Positions 8,151 to 16,683 of a DNA stretch of 25,804 nucleotides are shown piece after piece; position 1 is the stretch's first letter; each line of letters starts with the position of its first letter. Source of the stretch: a virus. Its lineage: Duplodnaviria > Heunggongvirae > Uroviricota > Caudoviricetes. The notes under the pieces were generated by a model. It ran no database searches, was not told the origin of the DNA, and saw nothing but the letters and a program-made list of their open reading frames with translations. The stretch lies in the IMG/VR virus record IMGVR_UViG_648276650_000007, positions 1 to 25,804 of that record. One strand, given 5' to 3'. The position numbers were made by a program, and so were the translations under genes.

Positions 8151-8182
8151 CCCGTGCCGCCCGTGCGCGGGGGCACGTTCTG

Positions 8183-8833
8183 TCAGCGGCTGTCATTGCG
8201 CAGTCTGCGCTCCAGCTGCTGTTTGTCTTTTTTCACGCCACAGCGGGGATCGAGCTGTAACGCATGGTTGAGATGATTAAGGGCAGACGCCGGATTTCTT
8301 TCACTCAGGACAGCGCCAATCGCTTTATGCAGACGCGCCCGTGACTGGTCCGGCATATCCATACCGTCTGTCAGCTCCAGGGTCTGCAGCAACAGATCGG
8401 CATCAAAGCCGGTGGCGGCAAGCATTGCGCTCTGGGCTGCATCTGCCATTTCCTCTGCCAGCACGGTCTGCACGTTGCGGTTACCTAACGGCATCACCCA
8501 GCCATGACGCAGGGCGTGACGCCCGATCTCCAGCGCCCCGGCATAATCTCCGGCATCAATGCGCCACAGCATCACGTACATCAGCACGTCATCCTGTTGA
8601 GCGCCTCCGGCAGCCAGGACACCCTCCGCCCAAGCGGCGTACTTCGGCAGCAGCTCCACCTTGATTTCCGCTTTTTTGACCGTGGACTGAACGCCCTTGA
8701 GACGGCGGCGGTCTTCCGCCAGTTGCAGCAGCATCAGGTCATAGCCCGACGCGTGGCGAACGCTGCCGCCCTCGCGGGCGGCCTGTTCAGCCTGAACGCG
8801 CAGGCGATGCTGCCGTGCGGGACTCAGGCTCAT
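8183..8833 (-). CDS. M: terminase small (endonuclease) subunit M
   Basis: 216 aa; MSLSPARQHRLRVQ...DDVLMYVMLWRIDAGDYAGALEIGRHALRHG resembles P2 gpM. Confidence 0.85.
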   Translation of the reverse strand: MSLSPARQHRLRVQAEQAAREGGSVRHASGYDLMLLQLAEDRRRLKGVQSTVKKAEIKVELLPKYAAWAEGVLAAGGAQQDDVLMYVMLWRIDAGDYAGALEIGRHALRHGWVMPLGNRNVQTVLAEEMADAAQSAMLAATGFDADLLLQTLELTDGMDMPDQSRARLHKAIGAVLSERNPASALNHLNHALQLDPRCGVKKDKQQLERRLRNDSR

Positions 8834-8836
8834 GAA

Positions 8837-9895
8837 TTACGCTCCGGTTTCTGCTGCTGCGGCGCTGAAGTCGCCAATCTGGATGTTTTCCACCAGTGCG
8901 GCGCAGCGGTAGTCCTCAACCACATAGGCTTCGTTAACGGATTCAAAGTTTTCAATCCGGTCACGTTTCGGGTTGTCGATAACTGAGCGGCGGCGGGTGT
9001 CTTCCTGCCAGTAGATGGACAGGTTATCCAGACGGGTGATCAGCAGTGCATTCGGCGGGAAGAACGGCGCACGCACGGCCTGCAGGCCAACCATGCGTTT
9101 CTGACTGATGATCATATCGGCAGCCAGTTTTTCACTGTTTTCCTGCTCTTTGTTGACCAGCGGGAAATACTTGTCAGACAGCAGTTCACGACCGCAAATC
9201 ACCACCAGATCGTCATCGTCCTGGTAGACCACATCGATAAGCTCATTGACGGCATCCATCACCACGGCGTCCAGGTTGGCATATTCGCCACCTTTCCCGA
9301 CTTTCACCGCACCCGGTGTGGTTTCACCGCCCGTGGTGGTGCTGCCCATGACGTGATCCGGTGCATCTTCACGGATTTTCTGCAGCCAGCCTTTGTTCAC
9401 ATCCTGCAGCAGCGGGTTATCGCTACGGTTGGAGGTTTTCGCACGCTTCACGCCGTTAAAGCCGATCATGATGCGGTCCAGTGCCTGACGTTTCACGATG
9501 GCGTCACGGATGCGCACCTGGAAATCCTGAAACTTCGCCCACAGGTCCAGCTTCGCGTAGGTCAGCACCGTGTCAAAGTTGGTCTGCTCGCATTTATATT
9601 CCACATCGACCATCAGCGTCGGATCGACAGGTTCACGCTCTTTCGCGGTGGTGTCAGTGGTTCCGGCAATGGTGCTGCCAACTCCCAGCCCCAGCAGCTG
9701 ACCGGACTGCTCAGTCACTGGCGTGACGTTAATCAGCGTCAGGAAAGCGGCGGACTGCTGGATCTGGTCTTCCAGCGTCTGCTGTACAGACGGCTCTACG
9801 GTGAACTTGCTGGACAGTTCTTCAACTGCCACACCGTTCAGACGCGCCAGCTGCTGCAGGTAAGCGTTAAAAGCAAAGCGGGTATTCTTCTTCAT
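8837..9895 (-). CDS. N: major capsid protein N
   Basis: 352 aa; TRFAFNAYLQQLARLNGV...KFTVEPSVQQTL...GSTIAGTTDTT resembles P2 gpN. Confidence 0.9.
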   Translation of the reverse strand: MKKNTRFAFNAYLQQLARLNGVAVEELSSKFTVEPSVQQTLEDQIQQSAAFLTLINVTPVTEQSGQLLGLGVGSTIAGTTDTTAKEREPVDPTLMVDVEYKCEQTNFDTVLTYAKLDLWAKFQDFQVRIRDAIVKRQALDRIMIGFNGVKRAKTSNRSDNPLLQDVNKGWLQKIREDAPDHVMGSTTTGGETTPGAVKVGKGGEYANLDAVVMDAVNELIDVVYQDDDDLVVICGRELLSDKYFPLVNKEQENSEKLAADMIISQKRMVGLQAVRAPFFPPNALLITRLDNLSIYWQEDTRRRSVIDNPKRDRIENFESVNEAYVVEDYRCAALVENIQIGDFSAAAAETGA

Positions 9896-9911
9896 CAGGT
9901 TTTGTGCTCCA

Positions 9912-10745
9912 TCAGCAATTGGTCAGAGTGTCAGCGGGGGCGTTACCGCCTGTTGCACGCTGGCGGTAGTCCTGGCGGCTGTCTTCATGACTCAGCTTGT
10001 CCACCAGTTCGTTAAAGGCGGTTTGCTGTGCCTGCAGGGCAGTCTCCAGCTCAGACAGGCGTTCTTCCTGCTCAGACAGGGATTTTTCGGTGCGTGCGCT
10101 CAGGTTCTGCTGCTCAGTGGCGACCAGCTCCACGGCCTTATGCACATCAGAGAACCGGGCGTCATCGGACTGCTCTTTTTTGGTAAACAGCGCCGTGACG
10201 CGGGCAAACAGGGACGGTTTGTCGTCCTGGACTTCTTCCAGTTCGATCACCGTTTCCTCTGCGGCGGTAAAGAGATTGGCGGGATTCTGCTTGCGGTTTG
10301 CCAGCGGGTTATGGGCTGCACTGGCGCTGAATGTCAGCATTTCAGTGCCCAGACTGGCAGGGTCATCAGTGGCAGCCAGGCCGACCAGGTAGGCTTTGCC
10401 CGTATCAGCGAACTTCGGGCTGACTTCCATAGAGGTGAATAATTTCTGGCCTTTTTTCACCAGTTCCACCAGGGACTCCGTTGGCTCAACGTCAGCATAC
10501 AGCGCCATCTTGCCTGCCAGCGGACCTTCCGTGATTTCTTCAGCAAACAGCGCCGTCACCTTGCCGTAGCGGTTAAAGGTGCTGTCCGGCAGATAAGACT
10601 TGATGTGCTCAAGGTTAATCAGCGCGGTATACACCGCCGGGTTATAGCTGGCTGCCATCTGTTCCAGCCATTCACGCTGGATTTCGCGTCCGTCGGTGGT
10701 GGCACCTTCCACCCCGATGCGAAAACGCTTTGCTTTCACTGTCAT
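9912..10745 (-). CDS. O: capsid scaffolding protein O
   Basis: 277 aa; KRFRIGVEGATTDGREIQREWLEQMAASYNPAVYTALINLEH resembles P2 gpO; divergent from terminase gene P. Confidence 0.9.
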   Translation of the reverse strand: MTVKAKRFRIGVEGATTDGREIQREWLEQMAASYNPAVYTALINLEHIKSYLPDSTFNRYGKVTALFAEEITEGPLAGKMALYADVEPTESLVELVKKGQKLFTSMEVSPKFADTGKAYLVGLAATDDPASLGTEMLTFSASAAHNPLANRKQNPANLFTAAEETVIELEEVQDDKPSLFARVTALFTKKEQSDDARFSDVHKAVELVATEQQNLSARTEKSLSEQEERLSELETALQAQQTAFNELVDKLSHEDSRQDYRQRATGGNAPADTLTNC

Positions 10746-10823
10746 GAGCCGTGCTCCGTTAGAAAAAACTTACTGGAGCCTTATGGTTGCGGTGATGGGG
10801 GCAGTGAAACAATGCGCGGTATT

Positions 10824-10841
10824 TGTACCGACAACCACACA
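10824..10841. promoter_or_regulatory. candidate late-promoter TGT-N12-ACA element in the divergent O/P control region
   Basis: TGTaccgacaaccacACA in the 142-bp gap between the O and P start codons; only the TGT/ACA triplets are symmetric. Confidence 0.4.
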
Positions 10842-10887
10842 AACCGCAGGCGGGGAAAGCCTTCATTCAAGGCTGTAGGTTTGTGCC

Positions 10888-12654
10888 ATGAACACCACAC
10901 TGACACCCGCAGATCTCGATCCCCGTCGGCAGGCCATGCTGCTGTACTTTCAGGGATACCGCGTAGCCCGCATTGCTGAAATGCTGGGCGAGAAAGTTGC
11001 AACCGTTCACAGCTGGAAAAAACGCGACAAGTGGGGTGACTATGGGCCGCTTGATCAGATGCAGCTCACCACCGCCGCACGCTACTGCCAGCTCATTATG
11101 AAGGAGCACAAAGAAGGGAAAGATTTCAAAGAGATTGACCTGCTGGCGCGCCAGTCGGAGCGCCATGCGCGGATCGGCAAGTTTAACAATGGCGGCAACG
11201 AAGCCGACTTAAACCCTAACGTCGCCAACCGCAACAAAGGCCCGCGCCGTCAGCCGGAAAAGAACGTTTTCACCGATGAACAGATTGAGAAGTTGGAAGA
11301 AATCTTCCATTCCTCCATGTTCAACTACCAGCGCCACTGGTGGGAAGCCGGAAAAACCAACCGCATCCGCAACCTGCTGAAGTCACGCCAGATCGGCGCG
11401 ACCTTCTATTTTGCCCGTGAAGCCCTGATTGACGCCCTGCTAACCGGGCGTAACCAGATTTTCCTTTCCGCCAGCAAGGCTCAGGCCCACGTCTTTAAGC
11501 AGTACATCATCGACTTCGCCAAAGAAGTGGAGGTGGAGCTGAAAGGCGATCCGATGGTGCTTCCTAACGGGGCCACGCTGTACTTCCTCGGCACCAATGC
11601 CCGCACGGCCCAGAGTTACCACGGCAACCTGTATCTGGATGAATATTTCTGGATACCGAAATTCCAGGAGCTGCGCAAAGTGGCTTCCGGTATGGCTATT
11701 CACAAAAAATGGCGACAAACCTATTTTTCCACGCCATCCAGCCTGACACACAGTGCTTATCCGTTCTGGTCCGGTGCGCTGTTCAACCGAGGGCGCAGCA
11801 AAGCCGATAAGGTGGACATCGACCTGTCCCACAGCAATCTGGCCCCCGGCCTGCTGTGCGCAGACGGGCAGTACCGCCAGATAGTCACTGTGGAAGATGC
11901 GGTGCGCGGCGGCTGTAACCTGTTCGACCTCGACCAGTTGCGCATGGAGTACAGCCCGGACGAATACCAGAACCTGCTGATGTGTGAGTTCGTGGACGAT
12001 CTCGCGTCTGTGTTCCCACTCAGCGAGCTGCAGGCGTGCATGGTGGACAGTTGGGAAGTCTGGACCGACTTTCATGCACTGGCCCTGCGCCCGTTTGGCT
12101 GGCGCGAAGTGTGGATCGGATATGACCCGGCGAAAGGTACGCAGAACGGCGACAGCGCCGGATGCGTGGTGGTGGCGCCGCCAGCCGTGCCGGGCGGTAA
12201 GTTCCGCATTCTTGAGCGTCACCAGTGGCGCGGAATGGACTTCCGCGCCCAGGCTGACGCCATCAAAAAACTGACCGAACAGTACAACGTGACCTATATC
12301 GGTATCGACTCAACCGGCGTTGGTCACGGGGTTTACGAGAACGTGAAAGCGTTTTTTCCTGCCGTCCGGGAGTTTGTCTACAACCCCAACGTTAAAAACG
12401 CCCTGGTACTCAAGGCCTACGACATTATCAGCCACCGCCGTCTGGAGTTTGACGCCGGACACACCGACATAGCGCAGTCCTTTATGGCAATCCGTCGCGC
12501 CACCACCGCCAGTGGCAACCGCCCGACCTATGAAGCCAGCCGCAGCGAAGAAGCCAGCCACGCCGATCTGGCCTGGGCAACGATGCACGCACTGTTTAAC
12601 GAACCGCTGCAGGGCGAATCCGCCAATACCAGCAATATTGTGGAGATTTTTTGA
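10888..12654 (+). CDS. P: terminase large (ATPase) subunit P
   Basis: 588 aa, the size of P2 gpP; N-terminus MNTTLTPADLDPRRQAMLLYFQGYRVARIAEMLG is P2 P-like; overlaps the portal start by 4 nt. Confidence 0.9.
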   Translation: MNTTLTPADLDPRRQAMLLYFQGYRVARIAEMLGEKVATVHSWKKRDKWGDYGPLDQMQLTTAARYCQLIMKEHKEGKDFKEIDLLARQSERHARIGKFNNGGNEADLNPNVANRNKGPRRQPEKNVFTDEQIEKLEEIFHSSMFNYQRHWWEAGKTNRIRNLLKSRQIGATFYFAREALIDALLTGRNQIFLSASKAQAHVFKQYIIDFAKEVEVELKGDPMVLPNGATLYFLGTNARTAQSYHGNLYLDEYFWIPKFQELRKVASGMAIHKKWRQTYFSTPSSLTHSAYPFWSGALFNRGRSKADKVDIDLSHSNLAPGLLCADGQYRQIVTVEDAVRGGCNLFDLDQLRMEYSPDEYQNLLMCEFVDDLASVFPLSELQACMVDSWEVWTDFHALALRPFGWREVWIGYDPAKGTQNGDSAGCVVVAPPAVPGGKFRILERHQWRGMDFRAQADAIKKLTEQYNVTYIGIDSTGVGHGVYENVKAFFPAVREFVYNPNVKNALVLKAYDIISHRRLEFDAGHTDIAQSFMAIRRATTASGNRPTYEASRSEEASHADLAWATMHALFNEPLQGESANTSNIVEIF

Positions 12655-13688
12655 TGGGAAAGAGTAAGAAGAACCGCGCTGCGGCGACGAAACAGATCCA
12701 GCTTAAAAGTCAAACTACAGCCGAAGCATTCAGCTTCGGCGATCCCGTTCCTGTTCTGGACCGCCGAGAACTGCTGGATTATGTGGAATGCGTACAGATG
12801 GACCGTTGGTATGAGCCGCCCGTCAGCTTTGACGGACTGGCGCGCACCTTCCGCGCCGCCGTGCATCACAGTTCCCCGATTGCAGTAAAGTGCAACATTC
12901 TGACCAGTACCTATATCCCTCATCCGCTGCTCAGCCAGCAGGCTTTTTCGCGTTTTGTGCAGGACTATCTGGTATTTGGTAACGCCTACCTGGAGAAACG
13001 CACGAACCGATTCGGTGAAGTTATCGCTATTGAGCCTGCGCTTGCAAAATACACCCGACGCGGATTAGACCTGGATACCTACTGGTTTGTGCAATACGGT
13101 ATGACAACCCTGCCGTATCAGTTCACGAAAGGCAGCATTTTTCATCTGATGGAACCGGACATCAACCAGGAGATCTACGGCCTGCCCGGTTATCTTTCTG
13201 CCATTCCGTCAGCCCTGCTCAACGAGTCCGCCACGCTGTTCCGCCGCAAGTATTACATTAACGGTAGCCATGCAGGCTTCATCATGTATATGACCGATGC
13301 CGCGCAGAACCAGGAAGATGTGAACAACCTCCGCAACGCAATGAAAAGCGCCAAAGGCCCTGGCAACTTCCGCAATCTGTTTATGTACTCGCCTAACGGC
13401 AAAAAGGACGGACTTCAGATTATCCCGTTGTCAGAGGTCGCAGCGAAGGATGAGTTTTTGAATATCAAGAACGTGAGTCGGGATGACATGATGGCAGCAC
13501 ATCGTGTGCCGCCGCAAATGATGGGGATTATGCCGAGTAATGTTGGGGGTTTTGGGGATGTGGAGAAAGCCAGCCGCGTCTTTGTTCGCAACGAGTTGAT
13601 ACCTCTGCAGAAGCGCCTTCAGGAATTGAACGACTGGCTTGGAGAAGAAGTCATGCGTTTTGAAGATTATAATTTAGGTATTGAATGA
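12651..13688 (+). CDS. Q: portal protein Q
   Basis: 345 aa, the size of P2 gpQ; co-directional and coupled with P, as in the P2 P-Q operon. Confidence 0.9.
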   Translation: MMGKSKKNRAAATKQIQLKSQTTAEAFSFGDPVPVLDRRELLDYVECVQMDRWYEPPVSFDGLARTFRAAVHHSSPIAVKCNILTSTYIPHPLLSQQAFSRFVQDYLVFGNAYLEKRTNRFGEVIAIEPALAKYTRRGLDLDTYWFVQYGMTTLPYQFTKGSIFHLMEPDINQEIYGLPGYLSAIPSALLNESATLFRRKYYINGSHAGFIMYMTDAAQNQEDVNNLRNAMKSAKGPGNFRNLFMYSPNGKKDGLQIIPLSEVAAKDEFLNIKNVSRDDMMAAHRVPPQMMGIMPSNVGGFGDVEKASRVFVRNELIPLQKRLQELNDWLGEEVMRFEDYNLGIE

Positions 13689-13693
13689 TATTT

Positions 13694-13717
13694 AAAAGCC
13701 TGTACAAACAGGCTTTT
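13694..13717. terminator. intrinsic terminator hairpin between convergent Q and the cargo operon
   Basis: Perfect 10-bp stem AAAAGCCTGT / ACAGGCTTTT with ACAA loop, followed by a T-rich run on the + strand; lies between the Q stop (13688) and the stop of the minus-strand gene at 13758. Confidence 0.6.
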
Positions 13718-13757
13718 ATTCTTTAGTTTAAAATCACCAAGACATGAGCATTAAAAC

Positions 13758-14423
13758 TTAAAGATCCGGATCTACAGGCTCATGATATAGATTTACAGGG
13801 TAATGAATAACTTCATAATTCAGTTGAGTAACTGTGTGAACATGCTGGCTATAAAAAACCAATGGATTTTTTTGACAAGGAGTAATCGTTATAGATTTAC
13901 AGGCATGAATTCTTGGTGCGAATTTATCTAAATGCGCCTTCCAGTTGCTCATCATTTCATTACATTTTCTATTACGAGTATAGATAATCAATCCACCACT
14001 TGCGCTGTCTACGGTCCCTGTACTATATCGTTCAGTGAGTTGAGCATACCCTTTAAATAAATAACTATATGAAGATGTATGTTTTTTGGCTTCGCCATGC
14101 CAAATATAATCCTTTAGTTTTATTGTAATATCACAATGTCCGCGCTGATTATTTTCATGAAATGCTTCAATGTCCATATCTTTATTTTTGATATTGGCCA
14201 ATAAAATTAAAGTAAGCTGATCTTCTGTTAAATCGAAGTTTAACTTATTTGAATTCTCTTCTATTTCCTTTACAGCAGAATCAAGTTCAATCCTGACAAA
14301 TTGTTTGAAATTATCGTACGATTGAAGTGCAAATCTAACACGAGTAATAGAAGCATTAATACGCTGAAGAAAAATATCATTATCAATATCAGCCAAACTC
14401 ATTGCTGCAGACATTTTTAACAT
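13758..14423 (-). CDS. hypothetical protein, cargo gene 3 of 3; possible PD-(D/E)xK-type nuclease
   Basis: 221 aa, AT-rich codon usage unlike the flanking phage genes. Start ATG overlaps the stop of gene 2 (TGATG). Contains EAFHE...GHCDITIKLKDYIWHGEAKK, compatible with an E...D...ExK nuclease core; this is inference from motif spacing only. Confidence 0.65.
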   Translation of the reverse strand: MLKMSAAMSLADIDNDIFLQRINASITRVRFALQSYDNFKQFVRIELDSAVKEIEENSNKLNFDLTEDQLTLILLANIKNKDMDIEAFHENNQRGHCDITIKLKDYIWHGEAKKHTSSYSYLFKGYAQLTERYSTGTVDSASGGLIIYTRNRKCNEMMSNWKAHLDKFAPRIHACKSITITPCQKNPLVFYSQHVHTVTQLNYEVIHYPVNLYHEPVDPDL

Positions 14424-14869
14424 CAGATAATATCCTTTGATTTAGATTCATCTAATGTAAAAAAAGGAAATACGAATGACTTATAGTCATACATAAGCTC
14501 CCCTGTAAATGGGTTTGCTAAAGATTGACTGATTTCCGCCTCAATAACTTCCTCTATTTCAAGTTCTACAGGGTCATGAAAATCATCAATGAACCAATAA
14601 TTGAGTTTTAAAAAATCAACCTTTGGGCTACAAAGAATTTGTATGGCCGGATAGATAACCTGCTCATACGTTTCTGGCTGTAAAACCTTATTATAACCAC
14701 CAGCTATATTAAATAAATCCTTATAACTTAAAGCTATATTTGATGATTTTTTAGCCCTTGCCTCGATTTCATCGTACAAATAGCAAGCTAACGCCCCAAT
14801 TTCAGGGCGTTCTGCACACATTTCTTTGATGATCTTGGGCATATCACCATCCTTCATTGCTGACTCCAA
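14423..14869 (-). CDS. hypothetical protein, cargo gene 2 of 3 (small acidic protein)
   Basis: 148 aa; start is directly adjacent to the gene 1 stop; acidic C-terminal half (DDFHDPVELEIEEVIEAEISQ); no motif I recognise. Confidence 0.6.
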   Translation of the reverse strand: MESAMKDGDMPKIIKEMCAERPEIGALACYLYDEIEARAKKSSNIALSYKDLFNIAGGYNKVLQPETYEQVIYPAIQILCSPKVDFLKLNYWFIDDFHDPVELEIEEVIEAEISQSLANPFTGELMYDYKSFVFPFFTLDESKSKDII

Positions 14870-15976
14870 TTATAATATCAGCTTTGTGAGGGTTTCGAAA
14901 TCATCTTTGGATATACATTTACTTAATATAGCATAGTTAACAGGAGAGCAACTACTCCCTCCTAGATGCCTGCGGAGTGTTCCCGGAATGATAAGCTCTA
15001 CGTTATCCGCTAATTGCAGTTTTGGATTATTTCTATCAACTCTAATTCCAATACGATACAAACCAATACTGCCTACTGCTTTGATGCCTTCCTTATTAAA
15101 CAAATCATCACGTAAGTCTTTAGTGGCCACATTTTTCTTTTCTTTATGCGTAGTCCCCTCATTCGTCAAAAATGACAAATCAAAGACTTTATAGCTTAAT
15201 TTTGAATAAGGCAATGAATTTTGTTTGAAAATTGGCTCAATTAACGGATAAAAATCTTTTTCCGATGATTTAAATTCATAACCGACATGATTATACAATT
15301 CACGAATAATGTTACTCTTTGCAAAAGTAACATTATCACCAATAATATTACCATTAGTATCTACCAAAACATGAATTTTATTAGTAACAGAGTCTAATAT
15401 ACAGACATCAAAACATTGTCGCTTTTCTTTTCGCTTTGCAATAATTTCATCAAACTGCTTGTATTGCGCAAGTGCTGACGGGGGAATTTTTTCTCTTACA
15501 ACTAATTCTCTGACAGATGAAAAAACAAGTATTGACTGGGTGTTTTGAATAGAATAATTAACAAGTTCAGGTTGATTTTTTACAGCATTTTGCAATTGGA
15601 CATCATCAAGGATCGAATCAACCAATAATGATGGTTGATTCATCAAATTCCATTGGAAACTAAATCTGTCATTTAGTGTTTTAATTACACTATTATCTAC
15701 AGTCAAACTAAATATTGCTTTTTCACCATAAACGACCTGACCCAAAATTAGGTCATTTACGTTTGCCATAATGCCATCAAACTTTTGCCTATCTTTACTT
15801 TTAAGATCAATGAGGCTTTCTAGTATTTTTTCGTTTGTTGCTTCACGCCCCCTACCTGTTGGCAGCCCTAAAGACGCAATAATTGGCCTTGCAACGTTCC
15901 ATGTGAAACGTTCAGTTAAGGTCAAGATCGACTTTAACTCAGACTCAGAAAGCACTACTGGGACACTACCTGTCAT
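14870..15976 (-). CDS. hypothetical protein, cargo gene 1 of 3
   Basis: ORF 14870..15985 begins with GTG; the in-frame ATG at 15976 (MTGSVPVV...) is preceded by an AGGTG Shine-Dalgarno-like sequence. ~368 aa; no Walker A or other motif recognised by eye. Confidence 0.65.
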   Translation of the reverse strand: MTGSVPVVLSESELKSILTLTERFTWNVARPIIASLGLPTGRGREATNEKILESLIDLKSKDRQKFDGIMANVNDLILGQVVYGEKAIFSLTVDNSVIKTLNDRFSFQWNLMNQPSLLVDSILDDVQLQNAVKNQPELVNYSIQNTQSILVFSSVRELVVREKIPPSALAQYKQFDEIIAKRKEKRQCFDVCILDSVTNKIHVLVDTNGNIIGDNVTFAKSNIIRELYNHVGYEFKSSEKDFYPLIEPIFKQNSLPYSKLSYKVFDLSFLTNEGTTHKEKKNVATKDLRDDLFNKEGIKAVGSIGLYRIGIRVDRNNPKLQLADNVELIIPGTLRRHLGGSSCSPVNYAILSKCISKDDFETLTKLIL

Positions 15977-16125
15977 AACTTGCACCTAGTCATCCAAAAA
16001 GCAATAAGAATTTGCTCTTGTCTTAATTTATCCTTCGATACCTAACAAATTACCTCAATGTTGAAAAAATTTGCAAGCCATTTGCTTCTAAAAAGCGACC
16101 TTACTCAGAGTGTTACAAAACTAAG

Positions 16126-16139
16126 CGAGCGCGCGCTCG
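16126..16139. repeat. perfect 14-bp GC-rich palindrome CGAGCGCGCGCTCG
   Basis: Read directly from the sequence; lies in the non-coding GC-rich island between the AT-rich cargo operon and the lipoprotein genes, abutting the cos-like motif. Confidence 0.85.
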
Positions 16140-16154
16140 TATCCCCGCCACGCC
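16136..16154 (-). other. candidate cos (cohesive end) site
   Basis: Minus strand reads GGCGTGGCGGGGATACGAG. The first 13 nt match the 19-nt cohesive end I recall for phage 186 (GGCGTGGCGGGGAAAGCAT) and 12 of 13 match P2 (GGCGAGGCGGGGAAAGCAC). Orientation is correct relative to Q (5' end of the motif points toward Q). Depends on my memory of the cos sequences. Confidence 0.3.
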
Positions 16155-16634
16155 TGCCCGCTTTATGTAGTAGTTTTCATGCACCTGCATGACATGAGCA
16201 AAAGCCCGCCAGTTCTGGCATGTCTTAGCCAAACCGATCCTCAAACGATCATGCGAACTCATGCAGCATAGACATGCATGACATGAAAATCGGTCAAACC
16301 TTGAAACCAGTCATAAATATGAGCCAGCTTAATACACACTAAATAGCTGCGTCTAATACTGCTACACCTGCCGTTTACTGACATGTGGCATGTCGCGTAA
16401 GGACAACATACTGTAGGCCAGATACAGCAGGATCAGGCGAAGAAAACGGCCCCACGCCTTACCCAGCAAGAGCCAAGGGCCAAGGGCTAACCGAAAGTGG
16501 AACATTATTCCGCGCAGTTATTTAGTGTCAGCTCTTTTGAGCTAAAATCAAGTTTCAACATGAGGGTCTGTGCAGGCTTTCTCATCCCGCTAATTTATAC
16601 AGCACACCTATATGGCTATGAGTTTGTCATGCCC

Positions 16635-16667
16635 GCTAATCCTGTTAGGATTAGCCTTGTTTTTTTA
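16635..16667 (+). terminator. intrinsic-terminator-like hairpin 17 nt upstream of the lipoprotein start
   Basis: 8-bp stem GCTAATCC / GGATTAGC, loop TGTTA, followed by CTTGTTTTTTT. Confidence 0.5.
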
Positions 16668-16683
16668 CGATTGGGATAGGGAT

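Noticed and set aside
9353-10442. Antisense ORFs opposite the capsid and scaffold genes (9353..10015 +, 9987..10442 +, 9997..10392 +)
   Set aside because: Overlapped entirely by the N and O genes on the other strand; composition is typical of spurious frames.
11440-12222. 260-aa ORF antisense to the terminase gene
   Set aside because: Embedded in the well-supported terminase large-subunit gene; His/Arg/Ala-rich translation with no domain logic.
14988-15194. 68-aa + strand ORF inside cassette gene 1
   Set aside because: Antisense to a longer ORF with a good start context; AT-rich DNA yields many short chance ORFs.
16497-16679. 60-aa ORF in the non-coding island
   Set aside because: No ribosome-binding site, overlaps the hairpin, and the translation is low-complexity; treated as non-coding.
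16612-16683. Upstream start (16612) for the lipoprotein gene
   Set aside because: That region forms a terminator-like hairpin and the signal peptide with lipobox begins at Met25; the longer N-terminus would bury the signal peptide.
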